From Bigelowiella natans CCMP2755 (taxonomy: Eukaryota > Protista > Cercozoa): DNA of 52,022 bases. Shown one piece after another: positions 25,376-37,999 of this stretch (its first letter is position 1; every line of letters starts with the position of its first letter). Under the pieces are notes generated by a model. The model saw only the letters and a list, made by a program, of their open reading frames with translations, did not search any database and was not told the origin of the DNA. The DNA lies in contig ADNK01001551.1 of NCBI GenBank assembly GCA_000320545.1, positions 1-52,022 on the forward strand, written 5' to 3'. The position numbers and the translations under genes were made by a program.

Positions 25376-25814
25376 TTTACCCAACATAATCGTATAATTA
25401 AAATAAATTATCACTTAGATGATGTCGTAAATATAAATTACCATTGGTATATATATATCAACTTCTTAATACCGGGATTTGATAAAAATTTCCAAATATT
25501 TTTATGTATTTTATTCCTGAATAATTACTAATTGATCTTACATTTTCCTGTAAACTGTAATATTTAAGACAGAAAACACAATTTTTGCAATGCATTTCTT
25601 ATATCTAAGATTGTTTCCGGGTCAACGATGTAGCCTTTCAATCTGGAAATATTTGTAGCTCATTCCAACAGCTATCTTCTTTATATGGCGCGAATATAGT
25701 TTATTTTATCATTATGCTACCACCTAATGTTGTCGTACCTATAAAATACAATCGGTTTTTCATTTTTTGCCATTTCAAATAAGGCGTCGAGATCAGGCTT
25801 AAAAAGCTACACAG

Positions 25815-26600
25815 TTAGACACTAAGTCCACTAAGTCCCACTCCCTCTCGAAAAGTAGGATCAAGGGCTCGCATACAAAGCGCGGCAAGAGGAACCGGGG
25901 AAACATCCCACCTCCTATTTAGAAGAATGCGGCGGGGGTTCCACTTATGGAGGGGAAGCTCTACCCGCGGATCCCTTTTAACGAGCTTGGCCCTCTTCAT
26001 GGGGATCATCGCAGTCGTAATGATCAATCTGCAGCTTAGGAACCACTATGGAACTACATTCGGGGTATAATCTGGGGTTTTATTTCGAGGGGAAGATATA
26101 GTTATACATTTGTCCCCGTTATGTGTATCTTTTAGACACGAACGCCCTTCTCTAAGCGTATGTATGCGTGTAAGATGAACTGTCTTCATTTGCATGTGTT
26201 GTCGTACAGTATATCCATGGTTAGTGGGGAAATCCAATCCGATGAACCAGGCATTGATAAAAACATTTTTTAATTCAGAATCATATCCTCCAGAGTCATA
26301 CAACATTGAGGGAGAGAGTTGGTAAGTAAAGTCCTTAAAATGTCCTCTTCAAAGAAAGGAAGCAAAAAGTCCTCATTCGTTTATTATTTAGGCGAACTCC
26401 AGTACCGAGAAGCTCGTTTGCGACGCGAACGTTTATGTAGCAAGCGGTAAGATCATTATATTTCATCGAAAGGGAGAATATTATCATATTTAGATATCTG
26501 TATCACAGCGGGGTTGGCTCTTCCACCTTGGAAACGTACGTTCGAAACGCTCCATCGAAATCTGGTATCGCCAAACACAAGACACGATCGATCATGACCT
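25815..26600 (-). CDS. Spliced gene of unknown function
   Basis: Exon-like segments DFTYQLSPSMLYDSGGYDSELKNVFINAWFIGLDFPTNHGYT and LIITTAMIPMKRAKLVKRDPR with plausible splice sites. Confidence 0.4.
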
Positions 26601-26749
26601 CATGCGGTTAGCTTGATAGCATGCAAGGCAAACTGGAAGTCCCCCACATTGCATTTCGATCTTAAGATGTTGGGGAAACGAGAGAGAAATAGGGAGTTGG
26701 GATGATGGGGAGGGGCTAGAGAAGCGGATCCGCTACAAAGTGTTATGAA

Positions 26750-29605
26750 TGTCTTTTTGACCCAATTTTTGAATCATCATTGTGATGCCAGTACCCATTA
26801 AAGACATTGGTCAAGATGAGCAAATGCGTACAGTGCTCTCCGGTTGTGAAGCAATAGCACCGAAACAGCCGGCGGTTAATGTGACGGACTATTTAGCGCT
26901 TAAAAAGCGATGCGAAGAGTTGGAGAGGGTAATTAAAGTACCATAAACATCAGAATTGAAATACGTGGTAATATGGGCGACGTTTGGACTTCATATATCA
27001 CTGTTCTGAAATGTGGACGAAGTAAAGTGTAACAACTGCATCTTTTGTCAACAGGCGCTTGTAGTGGGGAAACGGGATATGAGGGTGCTCATCCAAGATC
27101 AGCTCGACTCTGACGCTTTCGAACACATAAGATGTGGCTACCGAAGCCCAAATCATCTCGCACACACGCAAAACTTTGCAGATTTCATAAAGCCGCACGT
27201 GCGAACAAGAAATGGACTTTCGGAAGAGGTCTCATCTCCTAGCATGATGAAGGGGATTATGGAATCAAATCCTCCAAGTCTCCCCCCCCATGAATCTAAG
27301 CAGGACGACGATTTCTGCGAAGGTACTCTTCGTTAATATACAGCCGCATTAGATGACATACAGCATCACCCATATATTACCACAGCGACTTTTATTACTT
27401 ACAAACATCCTATTACGCATTTGGCCTTCACATATCCTATATACGTTGCTTTGGAAGTTCCAACTCCCAATAGAAGTGCTGTACGTTTTCGAGTCGTTCT
27501 CCCACTCCTTTCCTCCTTCTTTCCGTTCTGTTATCTGACCTTTTTGTATTTCCCCAACTTTCCTCCCTAAGACGATGAGTCGGATTGCAATACTGAGCAA
27601 TTCTCCAAGGAGCAGACCCACAAAGACGATTTAGGGGTTATCCCTGTGAAGAAGCTCTACAAATACGTCGGTCCTGAGGGCAAACGTGTTCCTGAAAGCT
27701 GCGGAAGGTACTTAAGTTATACCTAGAGTCCTAGAGTACACGTATCACACGACGACAGCAACTTCACGATAATAGTCATTATCATCTAGAATCTTGCGAG
27801 TGCAGAGCAAAAGCCTTCATTACTAGTTGCTAGAGCGATCTGCTGATACTAGTGTTTCTTCATTCATGAGACTGCTGTATTGTTCGTTTCCAGTCATAGT
27901 ATTCCTGCTGCTGTATTGTTCGTTTCCAGTCATAGTATTCCTGCTACCAATATTTTGTATTGTATCGCAACTTTCTAACTCCTCCCCTGTGGGGTTGCCA
28001 CTCACAGAACCCCGTTCCCGTACGCGGAGCTCTACATGAAAGAGGGAGAGTCCGAGCCTGCCGATAGATTGAAGGTGCGGTAATGGTAGCTGTAGAACCG
28101 GCCGTGTATGCCAATGCAGGAGAAGGGGGAGGGGGGGGGGAGGGAGACAGGTAGTTAGGCTACATATGCTTGCGAGGGCAAACGAGAGATGATTCGCCAA
28201 ATTTGATCAGAATGGCTGTGGGGAACATGCATCCGATGACGGCAAGATGGCGTCAAAGCCCGCACCGATAAAAAGAGTTCGAAACTACATGAAGAAGGAG
28301 AAATCATCTCCGGGCAAACGCCTGAGGCCATCCGTTTCAGCATCGTCCACTTCCCAAGACGCTCTCGAAGAGCGCTCGGAGTTCGAACGGTAGTAGTAGT
28401 AGTAGTAGTAGTAGTATATGAGAGGAGGAAGGAGCGGGATACTACAGTAACAGAGTTCTAAACGGTGTTCTCTTATTCATATTCTTGTTCTTTGTGTATT
28501 CGTTAGTTTGGAGCAAAACCCCGTGCCTAGCCCCCTTGCTCAAAGTCATGGAGCAAGCGCTGAGTTGGCCTCTTCTTTCTACGGAAGCCCGAATCTAGCA
28601 GCAGCAGCCGCCGCGGCCCCTCAGGTGGCTTCGATGATGGAGGCGGCGAACAAGCAGACCCCGAGCGCAGGACACACGCCATTCCCGCGGAAGTTCCCGA
28701 GGTCTTCCTCCTTCGCGCATCATGAAATCAGAAATTCGAGGCCAGGAGCTGCAGTCTTGTCAAAGGTAGCGGGAGCGTTCCAGCAGCAGCAGCAGCAGAG
28801 GCAATCGGCATTAACAATTGAGCCTATGATAGAGGAAGCAGGGAAGCAGCAGCAATTGCAACAGTCCTCTCCCAGTGCAGGCCACACGCCCTTCCCTAGC
28901 AAACACCGCGCAAGACCCGCGATCCATAGGGGTCCGGCCATCCCCGATTTCCCACCTCCTGGGTCTTCAGGGGCGGAATTGAATACAATGGCAGCAGCGC
29001 TGTCGCAAGCAAGTAGGACAGGCCTAGCGGTTCAGCATTCGTTATCGTCGTTGTCGCCATCTTCATCATTAGCAAACGGCCACCACCACCGCCAACCGAG
29101 CGATACTCACTTCAATCCGAACTCTAGAGGGCATCATCTGTACGGAATGGAGGGAATGGACTCGCCCCTCCAGCATCACCATCACCACCAACAACAGCAA
29201 CAGCAACTAACACCACAGCCTCAATCCCAGTCGTACACCCCACAGAATGAGGAAATGGAGACTGGCCAGAAAGCTGATGGAGGTGCTTCTACATCATTAT
29301 CCTTGCCGATGTTCGATTTCATCAAGGGGGATGATGCTGTTGGGGCCGTCTACTCTAAGCAGCACCTTGGCGATGCTATGATCGAAGAAAAACCTCGAAG
29401 GAAGACAGACACGAACTTTCTGGACAAAATAAATCAAAAAGCCTGGGAAAGTGCACAGCCAGCAAGGAACCTGCTAGATAAGATATCGTTCCGAATAGGA
29501 GACTTCTGCGAGAGCTTCAAGCGTAGAAGGCGTCCTGAGTACAGGCGAGACCGGCCTTCTATGCCGCACTGCCTGAGACCTCTTCGCACGTCATTTCAGC
29601 GGTGA
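26750..29605 (+). CDS. Spliced gene for a largely disordered Q/H/S/P-rich protein, possibly regulatory
   Basis: Exons DIGQDEQMRTVL...LKKRCEELER, ALVVGKRDMRVLIQDQL, ...KKLYKYVGPEGKRVPESCG, TPFPYAELYMKEGE, NGCGEH...SEFER spliced in phase (cg|t ttg gag) to a 1.1 kb terminal exon 28507-29605 with poly-Q/H tracts and a twice-repeated PSAGHTPFP motif. Confidence 0.7.
27872..27943. repeat. Perfect 36-bp tandem duplication (probably intronic)
   Basis: ctgctgtattgttcgtttccagtcatagtattcctg occurs twice head to tail. Confidence 0.95.
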
Positions 29606-29989
29606 AGAGTTAATCGGAGATACTGATGTTCTCCCGCTTGTCATTCGATGGCATACCGTATCAAGTGTACGGAAACGGTATGGCGGTACTTTTACGCCAA
29701 GGCCGATCGATGGCAATATTATCATTTCAATGTTATATAGTATAGAATAGTCTAGTTCCCAGCTGATCATCAATTTCCCCTCGCATGGCAAGCCAATCTA
29801 CAGCGTTATTGCAGACGGTCGACAGCGCATATTCATACTGTCGCTGTCGAAAAGTGTACTAACGAAATAACAAATTTATTTATGAGATTTTGAATGTAAT
29901 ATAATACGTTATGCGTTATCAAAGGGGTCGATCTCACAATCATGATTAACTCTGTTCTGTTGTCTATCATAATTAGAAAGAATTGCGTC

Positions 29990-30660
29990 ATGTGTTCTTA
30001 GACAGTTTTGAGTGCTGAATGCATGGTCGATCACAATTCTCCGTGCTCACGCATCACTATTAGACTGAACTAACAAATTGTCTAGACGTAGATGGTGCAT
30101 GCGAAAGTGATCTGACAATGTCGATGTAGTCTAGTAGTGCAACTCGCAGTGTCTACTAGCACAGCTCTAGCTAGCTAGAGCTAGCTTGGCTAGCTAGCTA
30201 GACTCGTAGGACTAGTCTAGTAGTAGTAGAGAGTGCATGCCGCCCATTAAATTCGTCTAGTCATGCCCCTGCATGCAAGCTGTGTAGCTGTGCATCTCCT
30301 GGAGCTAACACTACATGCATGCTAGCTAGCTAGCATGCCTAGATGCGTGTGCGCGAGGTGAGCATCACATCTAGACAAGCATGTCATTTGCACTCTCTAG
30401 CACAATTAGCCAGCTAGCTAGGTAGCTAGCTCTGTCCATTGATGGATGTCCGTACATGCTACTAACTCCAGCGAGCATGAGCTCTGTTAGTCTGGAGCTA
30501 GCATCGCCGTGCATTTACAATAAAAGATTCACCGCTATGCACTAGTCTAACTAGTGAAACAACTGAATCTACACGTGTCATCGCTCTAAATCTAGACACT
30601 AGGACACATTCAAGCCATCTGTTGCGCTAGACATGGACGCTGTAACATCCACCTAAACTA
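29990..30660. other. TpA-edited block 4
   Basis: Dense CTAG/TAGC and CATG/TGCA words (e.g. 30165-30225, 30315-30345). Confidence 0.88.
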
Positions 30661-30799
30661 GTAAATATCGATGGTTTCATAATCTTGTGCGAGAGAAAGA
30701 TGATAGTATATGTTTACATGCCTTTACAACCAAAGCGTACTGTAGTTTTGGTGTGATTTTTGTTCTAGACGATGAAGATAAGTCATTGGGTGTATCGAA

Positions 30800-32090
30800 G
30801 TGTAATCCTGAAGGGTTTGTTGGCTACTTATCTAGTGTATGCTCTTTCATCTAAGTAGTTGGTCTAGAGTTTATCTAAACTGGAGTTATCTTATGTTCCC
30901 ATTCTTGAATTTGTTCCTCCAATGCAAATTCGTAGTATTGTTCTGCTGTAAGCAACTCTGTCGAAAGGCATTCAAACCACAGGTGAAGAATGTAGAATGC
31001 GACCATCTGAAAAATAATGAATCCAACGCATTAGGTACGTTGCCTTTCCATTATTCCAAATAACATTTGCACAAAGAGATAAAACTAATGAACAATTGTA
31101 TTAAATTACCCCGGCTGTCATCACTACCATTACAAGGTACCTATTTATTGTGTCATATTTGGATAGTTGGTAGTAAAATTATGAAAATAAAAAGTATACA
31201 TACAAACCATTCGACATTTGAAAGCTTGAAATCTTGCAATGTGAAGTACCTATTTTATAGAATATTTGAATTTAACAAAATAGTATCGTAGATTGAACTT
31301 AGTTGCTTACAAAAAAATGAAATTTGACATGAAGAAGAGTGAGATCCAGAACAGTGCACCGAATAGACGATAACGAAATCGATAGGCTGAATCTAATTTC
31401 TCTTGCTCCTGCATTGTGTGAATCCGTAAATCTTCAAGTAGAGGTTCCGGTAGCATTGTGGCATCTCTATCGATTTTCATCCCGGGTGAATCCCTTTGAG
31501 GAGGATCATCTGGCGAATCTAAAGGGGGGGGGTTAGCGCCAGGATAAGCTGAGATCAGAGCTTCGCATACCTTCCATTAACAATGGTGATTCCGGTAAAC
31601 CATTAAAGCTTTGACCTCCAACTGTCGATCTTCCCACTGACGATTTCCTTTCACGCACTGCTGAACCCCTATAACACACCACCCTCAGAGCGTGCATTTT
31701 CTCTTGGATTCATATCTTTATATCCAAACCCTCTCTGAATATCCTCCGGCTCGGTTATGTTCACATGCAACTGTGGGCCTGGGGGACCATTCCTCCTATC
31801 CCCCATAGTTAAATCTTCCCTTTTGTAAATACCAGAGATCTTAAGGAACCTAGGACGACTAATTCAAACGACACATTAAAATCGAAATTTTCACCAAAAG
31901 TCGCGGGGGATTGAGTGCTCAATCGCTCGGAAATTCGTCAACGTCCTGAGCGAAGAGTTGGATCTAATGGATCCAATGCAGGAGATTTTATCCGTAGATT
32001 GAGCGATATTAGCTTGACGCAGGTACACAATCCACATTGAATACGTCCGGACTACTGTTTGCATTGAGGTAAAATGGCCTCGAACTCTCG
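30800..32090 (-). CDS. Spliced gene of unknown function (ends approximate)
   Basis: Exon-like segments LHVNITEPEDIQRGFGYKDMNPRENARSE, GSAVRERKSSVGRSTVGGQSFNGLPESPLLME, DDPPQRDSPG...LRIHTMQEQEKLDSAYRF and MVAFYILHLWFECLSTELLTAEQYYEFALEEQIQEWEHK with canonical splice sites. Confidence 0.55.
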
Positions 32091-32289
32091 CCATTCTCGC
32101 GAAGGTTTTGTGCTGCTTGGAGAAATGAGAGTCGCAATCTTTGAAGGAGGTTTTGTCCAAATTTTCTTTGTCGTAGACAATGAATTCACTGTAATAATGC
32201 AAAGCAAACCCTGCTATTCGCAGCACCATTTTTGTCAAATTTATGTCTTAAATGACAAAAATAGATCGTGATCGAGGCTCGGCGCTAAA

Positions 32290-34388
32290 ATGGCTTTCCA
32301 ACCGGCTCAGCTGCTGAAGAAAATTCTCCTTGCAATCGATGATGTGGAGAAGGGATTGGTTTGAATGCATCTTTTTCATTGTTAGGAACTAGTTATAATT
32401 AGTGATTAGGCTGGTTATGGATCCTAGAGATATGCTCAACACAATTAATTGTGTTCCAGCTTCTAACATGACAACATGATAGTTGTTGTGTTGCAGGGCA
32501 AGATGGATTCGAAACAACGTGCGATTAAGAGCAAGGACTTAGAAGATGCTATGCGAAACATTGTAATATTAATTGAAAATGCAGAAAAGGTAATCTACCT
32601 TTAAGAATTCATCTATTTTGTTCCTGATATTCTGATATTCTTGCAGGCACAAGAGGATGTTACAGAATTTCTGGAAGAATTGATGAAGCTCAATATTCTC
32701 AAAAGTATATAAAATGTTGCTCTGGATTAGGAATGAGCTATAATTACTTGTTCTGTATAAATCTAGGCCTAATCTTCCATCTACATTACTTCACCAAAGA
32801 GGTAATATTTTGTGTACTGTGATGTCAAAATATTCACACAAGTGGAAGTAATTGACAAATGTATCTCTATAACCCTGTATATACTTACAGGGAAAGCAAG
32901 ATGTTCGAGGTCTGTGGCTAAAATCTATTAGAAACCGCAAAGCTAGGAAGACGCTTTGGACACATATACGTGAGAATCCAGAAATTCTGATTTTGCTCGT
33001 AAGAGGGTACTTATCCTTCTGTATTTTCTTTTGAGTGTTACCAACTTTATTATCACGCACGGTTTCAGGGCATCAGTAAAGTGCTACGATAGTGGAGAGA
33101 TCTTTCGAGCTTGTCTCACTAATAGCTTGGCTGTTCACTACTTAGTCCTCAACAGTCCATTGGTCAAAATTACTTATTCAAGTTGCTCTTTACTCTTTCT
33201 TTCTTTCTCGCTCTATTTTTCTCTCTCATTCTGTATCGATCTCCCTCTCTATCTCTCTCCCTCTTGCCTCTTTCCCTCTTCCATATTTCTCTCTCTTTCT
33301 CTCTTGTATTTTGCTTGGCCATGTTCTGGTTGACATATGCAAAATTATTTTCAACTTGGTCATCATAGGTGTGGCAATACTTCAAATTCGTTGCACAAGA
33401 AGATTTCGAATTGAGTTCCGACGCATTCAAATCATTCAAAGTATTCTGTAGTCATACTAAGTTGTTGTGTTTCATTCACTCAAACATAGTGACATTTTTG
33501 AGCAGACTATTGTGTCCCGGAGAAAGGCTGACAAGGAAAAAAGAGGAATTACAAAATTCTTGAAAGATAATTTTGATAAGGTGATACTTTGTTCAAATAT
33601 CATATTTCTTGGATATTTAGATGTGTATTATCCTTTTAGTTCTTCAAAAACTTCTGTGATCTACTTATGAGCGACGTTTTCCATGTTAAATTACAAGCTT
33701 TAAAGGTTAGGTATAGTTGAAAATATTTTCCCACATATGTTACATTTCGCTATAATATAATGTTCCTAAACAGCTTCTTTCCGAGATATTGCAAAAAAGA
33801 GAAAACTTTTCCGTGATGGTGAAATTTATAAGGTCTCATTTTCTAAATAGCAATATTCAAAATTTGATACTATATCATCTTCCTCTCTTGACACGTGATA
33901 AATAGCTATCCATCCCATTTGCATCTTATGATCGACAATCTTTGCGCCGATGATTCTCGGGAAAAGGGAATGAAATTCCAGGCTTTTCATGTATTTAAGG
34001 TATTACTAATGTGCCTTATGATTTGTGCTGGAATAAACAATCTTTGTTCTTTCAGTTTTTCGTAGCCAACCCAAAGAAGGGGAAAACCATTCTAAATGTG
34101 AGTCCACAGAAGATATCATAATAACAATTTTCATTATTCTATATTCTTTGGCTAACAGCTACCAAATCCCTCCAAATTGAATTAGGTGCTACGCGCAAGA
34201 CGTACTGAGATCCTAAAAACTCTAATCGAAATGAAACGAACCGAAGAACAGAGTACGTTAAACTTAACGAACATTAGATTGGTGGTGTTATTATCTCCTA
34301 CCTAATGAGCTCGCTATAATACCTAGGTGAAATTGAATATGGAAGGGAGCTGCCTCTTTTAATTGACAGGATTAGGGAGTTAGAATAG
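32290..34388 (+). CDS. CAB39: Mo25/CAB39 family scaffold protein, divergent
   Basis: EGKQDVRGLW..., SGEIFRACL, VWQYFKFVAQEDFELSSDAFKSFK (cf. FDIASDAFATFK), KLQALK|LLSEIL..RENFSVMVKFI, FQAFHVFK|FFVANPKK (cf. FEAFHVFKVFVANPNK). ATG 32290, stop 34386-34388. Confidence 0.9.
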
Positions 34389-34499
34389 TTAGGATAGATC
34401 CATACAATGTCACTGTAACAAAATAACTTGTGAGGCATGGACAAAGTAGTGAAAAGAGTGGAACTCTTTAATCTGGTAATTAGCATCAATCCAACTTCG

Positions 34500-35240
34500 C
34501 GCACAATCTAGACCACGCAATGGCAGCGGTCACACAACTCTCTTGCCATCAAAGCAAAAGATCAGATTGATCTCTAGATCTTCAGGTTTCGATGATTTAA
34601 TCATGCGTCTAGGCATGCTGGCATGCCCATGTGTAGTTTGCGGCAACAACCCGAAAGTCTTTTCGACACGATTAACTTGCGCCACATCTAGATGTGTGCG
34701 TGATTAGATGCATCTAGCTAGAATAGTACACTTGGATGTACGCGAAAGCAAGATTTTTCTCATCACTCTCCATGCGTTGCCTGCTAGCCTGGTGTCTCAT
34801 AGTCCAGTGTGCGTACACTAATTGGCGATTGCTACTTGCTGATGACTAAAGTCTAGACGTGTCAAGCTAGCTAGCTAGCAAGGTCTAGCTAGCTAGATAG
34901 CAGATGTGTCGTGTAGCTAGCTAGCTAGGTGTAGAGGTAGTCGCTACTTGTGGACTCATCGGGCGCATCTTCAAATTCCGAACTAGCTACACTAGCTCTA
35001 GAGCTAGCTGAGTCGCTAGCATGATGAGCTAGATCAGATGTCTCTAGCTAGCTAGCTAGGTCTAGTTGGCTAGATGTTCACTCAAAACCTACTAGCCTCT
35101 AGCCTTGCAGTCTAGCAGTGCTAGCTAGCTAGAGTGTCGCAGTGTGAAGTTTACAACTTTTGTAAAAACCAATTCTTCTTAGCTATTTTTCAACAATTTT
35201 TTGATCGTGTTAGCTTGCATAAATCGCACTAGCACAGCGC
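34500..35240. other. TpA-edited block 5 (most CTAG-dense)
   Basis: Multiple (CTAG)n runs at 34860-35135. Confidence 0.9.
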
Positions 35241-35243
35241 AGT

Positions 35244-37200
35244 TTAAGCTTTTCCTTTTCTGTTTGGATCTGTTTTCTTTTCTTCTTTTTTCTCTGAATC
35301 TCCAATGCTCAACGCTACAGCATTCTTTTCTTTCTCTCCTAACGGAAGGAAAGACACAGTTAATGCATCAATGAATCCATCAAAAGTGAGCATGCTGCAA
35401 ATAACCTTCATCCTTTGTTCCTTCCTGAGAAAGGAGTTTAATCTCTTCCTCAGCCACATTCCCAGCAGTCGTTGTCCAGGCAGTGGCCCAAAAGGTACCA
35501 AAGAAGACCAATGCTGCGTTAGCAAAACTGCTATCGGTATGCTCAAAGAGGCCCACGGATCCCAGAACAATCGACGGAACTAATCCGACCATGTATGGAT
35601 AGAGAGAATATAGGAAGGCCGATGTCTGATTTTCGAATTTTTTACCCAACGACAACCTCGTTAGATGCAGCTTGAGACTGTTGCTGAAAGCAACGGCAAC
35701 TTCGGAGACCCAGGAAACGTAGAATAGGAATATCACGAGAACCTTTGGACCCAAATTCGCACCGGACACCAGTTGACCGGTCTGGAGAAAGGCTGTTATG
35801 AGTGTGGTGATGTAGTTTATCACAACTTCAGGTCTTCCTCCGGTGATTATAGCTTTCCTCTGGACACGGTTCAGTGTGTTATCTCCTAGGTTAGAGCGAC
35901 AATGTTCCAAGCAATGTATCAAGCTGTAACAACAACAATCCTCCACATCCTCTGGGTCGTCAGCATGGCAGCATCGTGCAAAGCTTGAGAGAAATGTTTC
36001 GCCCATTCCCGGTGCCTGAAAGTGTTCTTCGTTGGTTTCTGTACCGGTTGCAAAAAGAACGCGACCTCAAATCCGAACTGACGAACACTCGTTTGTCGCT
36101 GAGAAATGCAAGGGGTTTTTGTCCGCTGGACATCCAAAACTCACGGGTTATCTAAACGGAGGCGCCGTCGAGATAAGAACAGACTCTCTGCTGCGGACAT
36201 TGCATGATTTTGCCTAAACATCCGCGTGGACTCCAACGGGCTGTGTGACGCCTACGATGCTCGTGACGTCCGTCTTGGCAAAAACTTTCATAAATTTCTA
36301 GGAAGTTTCTCCATGTCTTCTGGATCCGGAAATCGCTTGGCCAAAACTTCCCGCCGAAGTTTGGAATGCGCTTCGACCAATGCCATGGTGTGTGGGCACG
36401 TCTGTGCGAACTGATGGTGGCTTGCTTGAGGTGCCTCCCACTTGACCACAGCACAGCACTAGAGCGGGATTAGGTAGTCGTGTCGCAAACATTCAAATGA
36501 ACGAACACAAACCAGACAAATTGACCAATTGTGAAACTGCCAGGTTGGCCAGCTGGTCCCACAGCTGCTAGGTGCTCTTTGTCTGACAGTCCAGCAGTGT
36601 GGTGCTGCGTTGTGCGTTCAATTCACGGCTCAACCCACAATCAACCTTCAGCGCAGATCATGGTTCGGTGACGCCACTTGTTCGCTAGCTCGCTAGCTCA
36701 GCACGCTCATGGATTTGGGCATGCCAATGCAAGTTTCCTGCGTGTTGTTGTGCACTCTGACTGCTGGTCCAGTGGCTCAATCTACAATGCAACGTTCGTG
36801 TTGTCGGTGTGCACGCACGACTGACCATGGAAAAACAAAAGCGACAGAGAACTAGGCATTTGCAGTCGTGCAAAAAGCAATCGTGGTCATCCAAACCTCA
36901 AGTGGGCGCACAATTTTTTTCATGAGTGACAAAATGCACGCGAAAGCAGATCATTGACACGTCTAAATGTGTGAAAAGATGAATCAGATGCCATTGTCAT
37001 TGCAAGAAAGAGCAGACGAAAAACCAGGAAATGGTTTCCGGTCCATGGCTAAATCGTGTTGATTGGCCGCCATCCCAGAAAAACAACGCAGCATGACATG
37101 CAACCTGTTGCTGAATAGTTGACGCAAAATGTTGTGAGAATGCAGCCATGTAGATAGACTAGTAGATTGCCGTGCTAGCGTGTTCAAAGATTTGCACACA
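35244..37200 (-). pseudogene. Decayed membrane-protein gene, paralog A
   Basis: 208-aa ORF 35380-36006 with hydrophobic helices; homology to paralog B continues upstream through broken frames (LKLHLTR, VPSIVLGS, LVFFG.FW.TAW, WLHSHNIL...RLHVMLRCF). The 5' half is TpA-edited. Confidence 0.65.
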
Positions 37201-37800
37201 AGTGGTCTAGATTCATCAGCTAAACGCGCACCTTCATGCGCATATGGTTGTGTGAAATCTCTGCCAACGCATCTTGACTTGCTAGCATGGCATCCAGATT
37301 GTCAGGGCGCATGATCGCACTGATGACAGGGCTCTTTGCGTGCGTGCGTGCCGTCTAGCCGTAAATTAATTGGGCGCACATTCAAAATCAAGCTAACTGT
37401 TCTAGCTGACTCGACCATGCTAGCATGTTTGTGCACATTCTTACAAAGTCTAGATGTGTGCCGTGCGTTGCAAATTTTTGGTTTTGAAATGTCTAGATTC
37501 ATATGTGTAGTTCCCAGTGTGCGCAGCTAACTAGCTAGGGAGCGATATCATTCTGAAACTCTAGACTTGCGCGTCTGTAGCCTGTCGTCCCAGCGAAGTT
37601 TTAAGCTGTTGCTTTTTCTGCCTTAGCAAAAAGTTTTGATGTTGCACAGAATTGACATCATAAGATTGCACAGGAAGTTCAGAGATCATTCACTTGAGCG
37701 CTTCCAACTACGGGCAACGCAGATGGCACTGCAGAGTGCTAGAGTTCGATAGCAATTCTCTATGCAAGGTGACATAATTCAGCTAGTTGATTAATCCTTC
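36400..37800. other. TpA-edited block 6 (5' half of paralog A and spacer)
   Basis: TpA largely absent outside CTA/TAG; overlapping ORFs 36685-36894 and 36984-37199 contain no Tyr. Confidence 0.85.
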
Positions 37801-37999
37801 AGTAGCATCAGCAGATATACACACTCTCTGCCCAACTACGGGCTTGTCAGTCCGCATTTACGATGATTTACTTGGGGCAGTAGCAGGAGAAAAATAAATG
37901 TGGCCACAATCACTAGCAGGTCTCTTCATTTCTTCGTTTCCATTATTTCCACCTCGTTTTGCAGTGACAATAATAATGATGATGATGAGAGAGCATTCA

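Noticed and set aside
25440-25760. Ultra-short (about 20-25 nt) nucleomorph-like introns, e.g. minus-strand gtaagatcaattagtaattattcag
   Set aside because: The flanking frames do not join into a convincing protein and the region reads equally well as AT-rich UTR; unsupported without RNA-seq.
27872-27943. 36-bp direct repeat resembling a CRISPR repeat in length
   Set aside because: Only two copies, directly adjacent with no spacer, in a eukaryotic gene and with no cas genes.
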